Shown: piece by piece, positions 39,134 through 49,856 of the stretch
Layout: each line of letters opens with the position of its first letter
Numbering within the stretch: position 1 is the first letter of the stretch
Origin: Ascidiella aspersa
Lineage: Eukaryota
DNA length: 64,000 bases
Direction of reading: 5' to 3'
NCBI GenBank assembly: GCA_963924565.1
Contig: OZ004611.1
Location: forward strand, 23,498,001 to 23,562,000
Notes under the pieces: model-generated
Databases searched by the model: none
What the model was told of the DNA's origin: nothing
What the model saw: the letters and a program-made list of their open reading frames with translations, nothing else
Translations under genes and position numbers: made by a program

Positions 39134-42100
39134 TTAACGGTGGTGTTCCGCGTCACAATTGGCCGGGATGTTATCAAAGATCGTGGTACAAACAGGGTCT
39201 GCAAAAACAAAGACACGTCACTGAAAAACAAAACATATATGCTGAGTGTGAAGCAGACGTGCTATATCAGGGGTCGGGAACCTATGGGTCGCGAGCCATA
39301 TATGGCTCTTTTGATTATGTAATCTTGCTCGCAGATAAATCTAAGCTATTTTATTTCTTATCATGACTTAAATAAAACGGCCATGACCCATTTCAAACTG
39401 TAATTCTGTTAATTTAAAACTGCCTAATAACAGTTTTTCCGTGCTTCACGCGAATCCTATTCGTCTTATCGTGGCTGTTAACCGATTTAAAGAAACCCCA
39501 TTTGCCTCCTAAAGGCCCTTTTCGTACCATGGTTCTCAATTTTTGTAAACTTAGCAAACATATTTTTTCGCGCTTACTATGTTGTCTTTTCAAATGGTCC
39601 ATTTTAAATTACTATTTTGGCCAACCAAAACAATTGTTGAACAATATAATACGGCTCTCATGGAAATACAACCAAAAATATTCGGCATATATGGCTCCCT
39701 TAGCTGAAATAGTTTCCGACGCCTGTGCTATATAATATATAGTGCTGCTATTTTTGAAAAGATTTAGCTTTGCACAAGCTAAACGCCGTTTTACAGCTAT
39801 TTGGAAGTTGAGTGAAAAAGTGGGTTATTGCAGGTTCGACTTTCTCTGTGCGCGTGCATTTGTAGCGCCATAAAATATAAATGCACTTTTTAATTTTTCG
39901 ATCCTTGACATATATTAATCTTGGATGCAAAAATAAAGCTGGACCAATGGCCACCAAACAATATGACACAGGGCTATAACGCGCAATGTACAATTTAAAT
40001 TTTGACAGTTGCTTAAAAAGAAGAGTTTTCACTGGAATTAATTCGGTCGTTTTATTAGAAATCCTCTTCTTGGAAAACACTTTTTAAAAAAATAGTTTTT
40101 GTTGTAATTTTTTCCAAGTAATTTTATAAAATAGCGCGATAAGAAATATCGAAATGTGCTGCAAATTCAACAAAAATGGATTCACAAGCTAAAACGTCGT
40201 TTTCTAGAGTCTTATAGTTGAGTATGCAAAGTGGGTTTACGGATTCGACAATCTCCGAGCGTGAATATATTTGTTGCCTATCCGCTTTTCACTAACTTTT
40301 TTTTTTTGTTTTTTACTTTTTTTATAACTTGTATAATTTTGCTTCGTTACGCTGGACCAGCGGTCAGCAAAATACTGTCCGCGCAGTTATCCTGTGGCAT
40401 ATTTCCTTAATGGAATTTGATAAACCTTTATCCACGGATATTAACGGTAATCTTTGTCGGATGCAAATATAATCTAGAATTTTCACGCGAACATAAATCT
40501 AAATTTGAAATTTAAATTGTTCCACAGTTTTATAAAGTATAAATTTTGTTAAATCATAACGTTTCCTTTGTTTAGTTTCAGAAAAGGCAAGAAAGTTCGA
40601 CGCAAAAGTTATACCCGTCCCGTGATAGCCGTTCCATACATTGTCCTGCCCCTTGAATAAAAATGTTTTGCCCTTCGCTGGATGCTGGACCATTTATTAA
40701 TTTATGGTTCACCCCGAGTCGTTTTTGGCCATGTTTGCAAAGTAGCAGTTCTTTAACTTTCAGATCTGGCGCAACTGCTCCTAACGTTGATAAACGATTC
40801 GTGTAAATATCGAGAAGCTTGACTAATCGAAAAAAATGGTAGTTTTGCCCTGTTTTGCAACGTTTTAATGGCGGTTTAATTAAGCCCTCCTGGTTATAAT
40901 GACCCTCATGGTTCATGAGTGTAGGCAACAATACGAACACGGCGTGTATGTCGTCTTACCGTTATTGGCGCAATGTTTTAGGCAGTTTGCGCATTTACAC
41001 AGCAGCAAGTGGGCGCAGTTTTGAGCTTCCATAAGGCTACAGATGTCAGAATTTGGGCAGCAATGTTTATGGGCACACTTTCGAGCTACCGTTCTTCGAT
41101 CTGAAACAACAAATAGAGAGGGATTTAGCGGACACCCACCGCAGCTCACATGCCAGGAACAAGGGTTGTCAACACAACTGTATACTTGTAGAATATCTAT
41201 TTCTCAAAAAGAGCTCGTAACGACAAACTTTAACGTTAGATTCATTCGGATTAAGGAACTGATGATGTCATTATAGGCGAAATATATATTCTTTAAAAAA
41301 AATCTGATCCTGGTTTTACTCGGGTTTTTAAACTTAGTTTTTGTTAACACTAGGCGTTTTCCGTTATCCAAGTTGTAAGGTGATAGGAAAAGATTTTTAC
41401 AAAATAACACTGGGTGCAGAAAGCCTTACTATAACTCGTTTTACAAGCCAAGTTGTAATCAGTTAACAACTTTAGACATGGCTATAGGTCAGAATAGAGT
41501 AGACAATAGCCATGTTTAAACATTGGGAACACAGCTATATGGGGCAACAGTTTTGCATTTTTTTATCAAAATCACACTAGAATAAAAAACGTATTTTACA
41601 ACTCTATTCAGTCTAGACTGAGTTAGATTTGTTTCACAGCAATATAGAGAAAGGGAGTCGCAAAGCGACAGAAAGTGTCAATGCAAGACAGCATACAAAA
41701 CTTGATTACTTGGATTTTTTGACTTGTTCTTGCAACTCTGGATTTCAAACACGTTTTTGCATTGACGGTTGCAGTTACTTCTACAACTGTCAACAGCTGA
41801 TTCCACGCACGCTCCAACTAAAAAACACAAAATACAATTGAGTATCTCGAAGCTATGTATGTATAACAGTGGTTCTTAACTTTTTTTCTACCACGCCCCC
41901 TTTGGTAATTGTCCTGTGCCTTGTGTCCCCTTAAATAATAAATAATTATCATACTAAAAGTAATTCGGTATTTTTCAAGTATATATCAATAAGACAACAG
42001 AAAACTCAAAAGTTTACTCCCAATTGCGCGAAAAAATGCCTTTAATTCGTTTGATTTGGGTAAACTTCAATATAGGAGAACTGACAAATTGGGCACACAA

Positions 42101-42754
42101 AATATTGGTCGTGCTCGATATATTGGTTTTCGTCAAGCTGATTTTGACAAACATGTTGTGAAGATAGTAAGGCTACACGGAAACCATGTAAAGCTGTCGC
42201 CAGAAGCGTCAAAATTAAACATTACGAATCATGTTTTAAAAAAGTGTGATGACACAAAAGCAAAGGCTATACTGCAAATAACTTTACAAATATGCGCAAA
42301 AAATTCTCATTTCCAACCAATTTGTTATATACTAATGACAGGTTTCCGCGAATGGCAAATGTTTTCCACATTTTTGTTGTTAAAGTCGGCAAAACCACCT
42401 TTTGTGGAGAGGTTGGCATGGTACCCAACCCCCCTGTACAGACAAATACAACATGGAACCAAAAAATCATTATAAAAAGTTAAATATTGGAGTACATCTC
42501 GCGCCTCCTCCCGGTTGAGAACCACTGGTACATATGGGTTTGTTCAGTTATGAGTGGCAGGCTGGCAGCAAATCTCCAACCGCAAGCAGATAACTTTTAT
42601 TTAAAAAAATCCTAATAGGTAAACCCTGAATGGACGAACCGTCAAGGCGAAGCTATAACAATTTACCTGCACGAAGATGACCTTCCACCGACCGTCTTCC
42701 ATGGGCAACATAGGCAAAGGCGACGAGCAGACACACTCCGATAAAAAACTTCAT
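39134..42754 (-). CDS. Secreted Cys-rich small protein, paralog B (vanabin-like Cys spacing), 4 exons, 133 aa
   Basis: Exons 42667-42754, 41710-41817, 40960-41100, 39134-39198; all introns phase 1. Protein: MKFFIGVCLLVAFAYVAHGRRSVEGHLRAVGACVESAVDSCRSNCNRQCKNVFEIQSCKNKSKNPNRRTVARKCAHKHCCPNSDICSLMEAQNCAHLLLCKCANCLKHCANNDPVCTTIFDNIPANCDAEHHR*. Signal peptide and 16 mature Cys. Confidence 0.87.
39268..39725. mobile_element. hAT/Charlie-like MITE (paralog B intron 3)
   Basis: Termini caggggtcgggaac ... gtttccgacgcctg; perfect 8-bp TSD tgctatat; subterminal gagccatatatggctc. Confidence 0.9.
41251..41296 (+). ncRNA. Minimal type I hammerhead ribozyme motif
   Basis: ttaaggaa CTGATGA t gtc attata ggc GAAA tata TA|ttctttaa. 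Stem I is 8 bp (one GU), stem II is 3 bp, helix III is a palindromic tetranucleotide; predicted cleavage after 41288. Confidence 0.7.
41867..42527. mobile_element. hAT-like MITE (paralog B intron 1)
   Basis: Termini cagtggttcttaac ... ggttgagaaccactg; no clean TSD. Confidence 0.7.
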
Positions 42755-43353
42755 TTTTGACCTTAAGGTTTTTTCGCTACTCGAAAAAGGCAATAGAACG
42801 TTTGTAGTATAGTGTAAGCTTTAAACAGCGTTACACGAATAACAATGTATACCAAAAGGAATATTGCTTGAACGGTCAGGTTTTAAAACTGTATACTTAC
42901 CAAACCAAGTTTACTTTCAACAAATATTATGACCTTTGGCCCAAAAACAAATTAAAAAATATCTCCCTATATTAGTGAATACATTTATATTTGATGTTAA
43001 TCATTTATGATCCAATAAACGTAAAATCGTCGTCTCTTATGAGTCGCCAAACGCTTTATATCGGCACACAGCCCGTAGCGTCCCATACATATATTATTAT
43101 ATATGTCTGATCCTGGTTTTACTCGTGTTTTTAAAATTTTATTAATTAAACATTAGGAAAATAAATCCGACGCAACCATTGCACTTTGGCAAGACACTAA
43201 TATCGTTTTTTTAAATCGAGTTTGCCATACCCGTCGCAAAATAAATGCTATAGCAACGTTGATTTTCATAGGCCGAAAATTAATTTTTGAAATTGTAACG
43301 CGTTAAATTAAAAGGCTGCTACGTCTCTAGTCTGTCCAAAGTGCTTACTTGTA

Positions 43354-43388
43354 AACTGACATGGCGAGACTGCGCGCCGTCCCTTATA
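43354..43388 (-). promoter_or_regulatory. Core promoter of paralog B: TATA-like box plus Initiator
   Basis: Minus-strand TATAAG starts at 43388; TCAGTT has its A at 43357, placing TATA at -31. The ~100 bp upstream aligns with the paralog A upstream region. Confidence 0.7.
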
Positions 43389-44309
43389 TCACAACAGCTG
43401 GTCCTTTTTCACTTATACCTCTGTGCCTTTTACCCCGTTTTCAAACGCACGTTGTTGCTTTAAAGTCGGTTGACTTCCCTTTCTCTAAATTGCGCCAAAA
43501 TAAAAAATGTATAACAAAAAGCTACACAGTTGGGCCTGCGGTTTCTTTTCCACAGGTCGTATTTTGTACAAAGTAATATCATAACTTACCGTAAGCGGTT
43601 AAGGGCTAATAATTTGTCTGCGTCTTTTCACGCGAAATATTCGCGCGTCATTCGTAAAACCGAGAAATAATCTTGCTCAGATAAATACTTCTGCAAGGTA
43701 AAAGTTATTGTGTTAAAAACATAATAATTGTTTGTTTTTTAAATTTGGCTCGAATCGCAATAGTCATATGAAAATTCATGTAAAAACATTAAAATTTTCA
43801 CATTACGTTTACTATAAGATTCTGTAAGTCAATTTTCATAAAAAAGACGTGTCTTTATTCGATTAAACATTGTGTATTTTCTTTAAAAAACAAAGTTCAT
43901 TGTCACATGAACTTTTACATGAACAGTGTTGTTTCTTTCATATAAAAACATCGACTGTTTCTAGCACACTTGTTCCCAAGTTATTTGGGCTCAAGGCACC
44001 CTAACGCAAAATATAAATAGTCTGCAGCACTCTTGCGTTTTTGCTTTGTGGTTTACTGTGATGTCACAGTAAACTGAATTTCAGCACTATATAAGAACCG
44101 TACGTAATTTTAAAACATACCTAATTAATAGTATGCACAAAAATTGTGTCGCGAAGCGTACCAATAGGGCAAAGATTATAATCCAAAGGAAATTCAAATA
44201 TTTCGTGAAACTCTTGAGCGTTAGAAAAGGCACCGCGGTTGTAGCACTATATAAGGGCATATATTTATCTATACTGATTTCATATGTTTTTTTGAAAGTC
44301 TTTTTAAAT

Positions 44310-44643
44310 AAATAACAAGTGATGTCCCAGTCCAAGTCATCGGTTGCCCAAGTCAAGTCCCAGTCAAGTAATAGTTAAAGCAATTCAACTTCAAGTCAAG
44401 CTCTTGTCACAAAAATAAAACTTGTCCAAATGACTTAAGTCAACGCAGGTCATTTTCTCAAAAGACTTAAGTTAAGTCAGGTCATTTTCTCAAAAGACTT
44501 ACGTCAAGTCAAGTCATTTGCTCAAAAGACTTGAGTCTAGTCAAGTCATTTTGCCCAAAACACTTAAATCAAGTCAAGACATTTGATAATAGTGACCTGA
44601 GTGCACTTAAGTCAAGTCATTGACTTCAGTTATTACAACATTG
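44310..44643. mobile_element. Partial aagtcaagtc MITE (right half)
   Basis: Repeated gacttaagtcaagtca units ending in ttacaacattg; homologous to 30185-30671. Confidence 0.8.
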
Positions 44644-45234
44644 CGTAACTGCCCCATCAAAAGGCCGTAAAAAAGGCTGGTTTTGATTTGTCAAACGCTG
44701 TTTACCGAGTTCTAGTGTTGCGCACGTCACTCTTGTTGCACCCGGCAGAGTTTGCACTCGGTTCTGTCTCGGGACCGCCATTCCCAAGAAATACAGCTTC
44801 CTGGATTGATCCGGACCGGCGCAATCGGCCGGCCATCCAGCGCCGCTTTAGTCTCGGTCTTGGCACGCGCTGTAACGGGACCGGAAAAAATCGAAACGGC
44901 TCGCGGGTAGCCGTAAGTAAAAACAATACACTTGGCGCTTGGCCGCAGCGCAAGTTAGTATTGGCGCCAGCGAATTCTGCCATCTCCACTGAGAACCCTG
45001 ACTTCAGCTTCTCGATTTTGATAAGAATAATTAAACGACAGGGTTTGGTGGGATTGCTTTTCTAATGCACATACAAACCCGTGTGAGCAACACAAACAGG
45101 CTGTGGTGCTTTCTGGCAAATCTATAGGCGCCGATTGTAAGTTTTCGCCCGAGTGTTTACACCTAGGTCTGAGAATGTAAAACATACATTTGCTATATCA
45201 GTGTGGCGCTATGATTGCCAGTATAAGATATGAC

Positions 45235-45966
45235 CAGTGATTCCCAAACTGTGTGCCGCGGCACACTAGTGTACCTCAAAAGATTTTGTGCCAATTTTTT
45301 TTTGTTAATTTGGAAAAATTTCTATCACCAATAGGCATACACGCAAGCATTTTAGACTAAAATGCGCACTATTCATTACAAAGTGCAAACTTAATATGTA
45401 AAAATGAAGATATCTCCTCGTCCTAATGCACGTTAATGGCGACAATGACTTCGAATGGTTGCAAAACAGTATAGTTTTTAGTTGCAATGGGCCTCTACAC
45501 TGTAGGGTGGAGTGAAAAATTCCCAAGAGTTGGGTAGCAGGATGGTCCGGTTTTCTATAGCCCTATAACTATAAATTTCATCATATATATTTTTAACCTG
45601 GTCGCGTAGTTTGTTGCTCTTTTGATTCTATGATTATTTTCCTATGATTTTTAATTTTTACCACCTGGTTTAAGTGTTTACATTATTTTGTATTCGTTTT
45701 TTAGAGACTGATGATGCCGTGATTGGCGAAATATATTTCTCTTTTATAAACTAGAACCTATAGTGACTGATTTTGACTGAGACAAGAATTCTATACTGTT
45801 TTTTAACCACTACAAATTAATAATATTAGGACATTTGCATATAGTTTGTCGTGTAGGCTATTAAGGGCGATTGTAAAATTACTCTATTATTGTTCAGTTA
45901 AAAGTGTGCCGCGAAATATTAAGATTTTTATGTGTGCCGCAAGCTAAAAAAGTTTGGGAACCACTG
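45235..45966. mobile_element. hAT-like MITE (gtgtgccgc family) with an internal hammerhead-bearing segment
   Basis: Termini cagtgattcccaaact ... agtttgggaaccactg with subterminal tgtgtgccgc; related ends at ~1441-1474 and ~33554. Confidence 0.7.
45703..45742 (+). ncRNA. Minimal type I hammerhead ribozyme motif
   Basis: agaga CTGATGA t gcc gtgatt ggc GAAA tata TT|tctct. Stem I is 5 bp and stem II is gcc/ggc; predicted cleavage after 45737. Confidence 0.72.
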
Positions 45967-47678
45967 TTATAGACAGACAAATTACCAACCCCACTTGCAC
46001 TACATACACAGATATGCAAACAGTCTCTGTTGCTTTCTGGCAAAGCTAGGCCTGGATTATGATGGAAATTCGATCAAACGTCTTACGCAAATATTTGCAC
46101 AGCGTCGCGAATGTAAAACGCGCAGTCGCTATAAGAATGGCTCTGATAATTGCCAATGAGATTGGACTCGAAGGTGGTTTCGAATTGAGGTCGAGAAGCC
46201 AAAAATGGGTCGATGCCGCGGCAGCAAACTAGATCAAGTTGTTGATAGTGGTACTCTAGATTTTTACAACGACTGAACTGCTTTTGTTGAAATTCCAATT
46301 GACGATTGATTAACTGTGTTTACAGAGTGTAAAATTTTCGCTGTTTTATTGTAACTACAAACTAGCCGTTTCTTGTTATAGTCTTGCGTTCCATTTCCAT
46401 GTTAAACGAGTGCAAACTCTAATTGAAAAAATTGTACTTTATTTAGATTGCCAAATCGTAAATAAAACGTTACAGTAAATATTCCTATAATGCTCGTCAG
46501 AACACTGAAAGCTATGTATTAAACCTTCATAAGAAATCATCGACAGTTCGCCATAGCCGCTTCGTCCTAATAAGGTGATGTTCTTTAAATGCTAAACACA
46601 AATATTATTTTATCAGTGGGAACATTAAACGCGAATTGCTATTCGCTAATGGTGATTAGTTAGAAAAATCTTAGTTAGAAAAATCTGAAAGCTTTTAAAA
46701 TATGAAGACTTGATTCTACAAACGCGAAATATGACATAAGTCTTAACCAGTGAAACTGGGTGAGCTAAGCAATGTTACGACTTGGATAAGGAATAGAATG
46801 TATTGAACATCCCAAAACGCACAAATCCATAACGAACGTGAAAGCCAGATAACACCGGAAATAACATCCGCATACGGCTAGTGAGAAGCGGGTTGACAAA
46901 CCATTGGTCTATCTAACCGAAACATGATAAGTAAAAATTTGTCCTTCGCTATATGTTTACAATATGCCTATTTGCCAACTTCACGTTATGCTTATATTTG
47001 AAGTTAAAAGCGTGTTTTTAAACACCGTTGCTGAGTTTTTTGCGCAAATTTATAGTTACGAGGTGGCGCAAGCGATGTGCATGGTCTACTCTCCTCGATG
47101 TTGACCGAAAAAAAAACACATAATTGGAAACAATAAGGTAAAATTTTACAATAGTTTAACTGTTAAATAGTTATAAGAAGCCATATGTATGTCCTTTCAA
47201 ACTGAGCGCCATTTTTCATGCGGTCGAAAAATGTATTTAAGGCAAGTTGGGGTTAGCCCTCGTCAAGTCCAAGTTTTTTCTACAGAAAGTATTTCTTGCG
47301 TATGCTGCAAGCGCAGGTTTGCCGACCGGTAGTGACGTCAACTAAGTACCTTTCAAACAACCACAAAAGCCACAAGCACTAATTTGTGGCCACAAATCCA
47401 CCTTTTCTTTATGTTGTATCGCACCCGTCAAATAAGCATTGAAAATGTGCAACTTTTTACTTGGTCAGTATAGTTTGCGTTTGCGTTGTAATATACCGAT
47501 GAAACATATTATTAACAAAAAATGTAGACTTGCTCAGGTGTTTTTATCTGTCAAAACAGTTGCAATGTTTATTTCCGATTTCAACCTAAGAAGTGGTGCA
47601 GTAAAAATAAACGCTTTCCACGTGATCCAAATTCACTAAACTTGGATTTATTTTACAAAGTTATATTCTATTTGAATA

Positions 47679-47721
47679 AGAATCTGATGATGTCTATCAC
47701 GAAGGCGAAATATATATTTCT
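47679..47721 (+). ncRNA. Minimal type I hammerhead ribozyme motif (stem I closing pair mismatched)
   Basis: agaat CTGATGA t gtct atcacga aggc GAAA tata TA|tttct. Flanks are homologous to the 17972-18189 foldback. Confidence 0.6.
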
Positions 47722-49424
47722 GGAAAATCTTAAGAAATTATTTTATATTTAAAAACTGTTTTATAAAGTCTTGCCATCGACTTCTATATATTTACTTTGC
47801 ATACTTGACATTTAAAAACGCAGCAAGAGCATTTAAGGGGCAGGAGGGCAATAAGATTTGATGTACAGGAAGGCAATCGAACATGCAAATTAAAGCCGCT
47901 TATCTCGTGGCAAACCATTAACCTTTGCAAAATCTAGGCTTTGCCGTTGAGCCTGAGCGCCACAACGACGATATGAATAAAAAAGGACACAGAACAAAGG
48001 CGCCACGATTGTGCAGTTTGCAATCTAATAGCGCTGATGTTGCACTTTACGACTCGCGGATTGGCGCTCATATAGGCTTCTTAGGAATAGCCTCGAGCGC
48101 CGAAATCTTTCTTGGCCGAAAATCTCGTGGTGTTTTCCCGCCGTTTCGGTTAAAAATTCCCAGGCCCAGCTGTCGCTCAGTATTATAACGGCGCGGTAAT
48201 ATATTGACATGGGCAAAATACAAGCATCAAAATTTATTGTTTTTTATTGTGTTGTGTTTTCATCGACAGAATGCCGCGAAAGGAGGTTAGCTGGACCAAT
48301 TGGTACCTGACACCTATAGGTTATGCTGCAAGCAATTCCAAATAAATAAAAACTGGACGTAATTTATCAGTTTCAATAGACACGCGTCATATAACTTATC
48401 ATCTACTTTTTACGTTAATGTAGAACTAATGATCCACGTTAATCTTATGATCTACTTTTTAACGATAATGTGTGATTTTGAGTGCGGAAAAAAATAGGTG
48501 GTTTTATAAAAAAAATATGCCAAACCATTGTACAGGCAGTTGTGTCCTTATTAAAGATTACGGTAACGCCAAAGTTTGGGGCAAGTCCAACGCGTTTTTT
48601 TTAAAGTTCTTCGAACATACTATAAAAAAATATAATTTTTGTTCTACATCTAAATTATTTTTAGTTAGTATTTTGCAAAATTATAAGCAAAATAGTGGAA
48701 TAGATGTTTTGTAAGACTCGTACATACATCTCAAAGATCGCTCTAAGAGGTCAAATGTAACCGGATTGGTTAGTATTCGCAAATTACTTGCGGATTTTGT
48801 ATTTCGAAGAAAGTTTAATTAGAATACGCTCTCGAGATCGCTCTCAATTTTAGGAGAATCACCTATCTAAGAGAAACTTTTAATTTCCTGAAACGAATGT
48901 GTTTTTGATTTGTTGAAAAAAACAAACGCTCTATTGGAAAATACCGCCTTTTTCTCAGGAGATCAGCTAACAATTTACGATAAAAACATACATTTCTATA
49001 GCTGGATTACAAGTACCTCCTGTTATATGTTTGAAAGCATGTCCGATAAAAAAAATTAAAGTCGGACGAGCGAAAGATGAATCGGAGTTAAACAGAATGA
49101 TTACCAGCAGTCACATTTAGTATAGTTAGTTTCAGGGCATTGATGACATCAGAATTGACCCAAAGAAAAACGATCACTATTTAATCACTTCCCACTCGAA
49201 CCATATCACGTTTGAACTTTGCGGAAAAAAGTTTCCATAGTAATTAGCTTTTGGCGAGCGTCCGCAAGCGAACCTTTTACCAAGGCTAATTCTGCATAAA
49301 CGAGAGGAAATTCCCAGCACAAGCTTTTCACAACTGTAAGCACAACAAACAGACGTCGAGATGTTGTTATGTAAACCTGATTGTTCGTTGTTTTATAATA
49401 TCGATATACGTAATATATATATGT

Positions 49425-49610
49425 TATATACAGTGTGTATACGAGGTGCCTTCGGAAAGGTATACCGAAATCAATCAGTCTGGTCGGGATTATAGTGCAA
49501 GCAAGGGCAGGCTGAAAAAAACAACTAGCCTGCGGTAAGGTTCGAACTCACGACCTCCGGTCACGGAATACACATTGCGTATGTGTACGTTTTAGCTGCA
49601 TTGCTAACAG
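49425..49610 (-). mobile_element. tRNA-derived SINE-like element (not a functional tRNA)
   Basis: Minus strand: weak box A-like tagcaatgcagctaaa, hairpin tacacat-acgca-atgtgta, ggaggtcgtgaGTTCGAACCttacc (box B/T-arm), T7 run, body and TA-rich tail. A second copy lies at ~34925-35068. Confidence 0.65.
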
Positions 49611-49734
49611 TAGTGTTTCTAAATAGTTTTTCGCGACACTAAAATACTTGGCGTTTAGTCTAATAGCGAAGCTTTAGCGACTCAATTCTCTTCACTGCGG
49701 TGAACCAAAACATAAAAGAATGACGTCGTATTGC

Positions 49735-49856
49735 TTCGTAAATTTTTTTTGAATTTTGAAGCACATTGCTCAAATACAATCTCAACAATTTTTTTTTTTT
49801 TTTTTTTGTAAATTTTTTTTTAATTTTGAAGCACTTTGCTCAAATTCAATCTCAAC
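49735..49856. repeat. Tandem duplication separated by a poly-T run
   Basis: gtaaatttttttt.aattttgaagcac.ttgctcaaat.caatctcaac occurs twice. Confidence 0.85.

Noticed and set aside
44395-44630. Regularly spaced gacttaagtcaagtca repeats (CRISPR-like periodicity)
   Set aside because: Spacers are not unique, the context is eukaryotic, and these are subterminal repeats of a hAT MITE.
44688-45065. 125-aa and 95-aa ORFs in a GC-rich patch; possible third Cys-rich paralog
   Set aside because: No signal peptide, family Cys pattern or convincing splice sites; more likely non-coding.
46470-46507. Minus-strand cagtgtt CTGACGA gcattata ggaatatttactg
   Set aside because: Resembles the hammerhead family but lacks GAAA and stem II; at best a decayed relic.
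49500-49610. Possible tRNA gene
   Set aside because: No proper cloverleaf, acceptor stem or 7-nt anticodon loop; treated as a SINE-like head.
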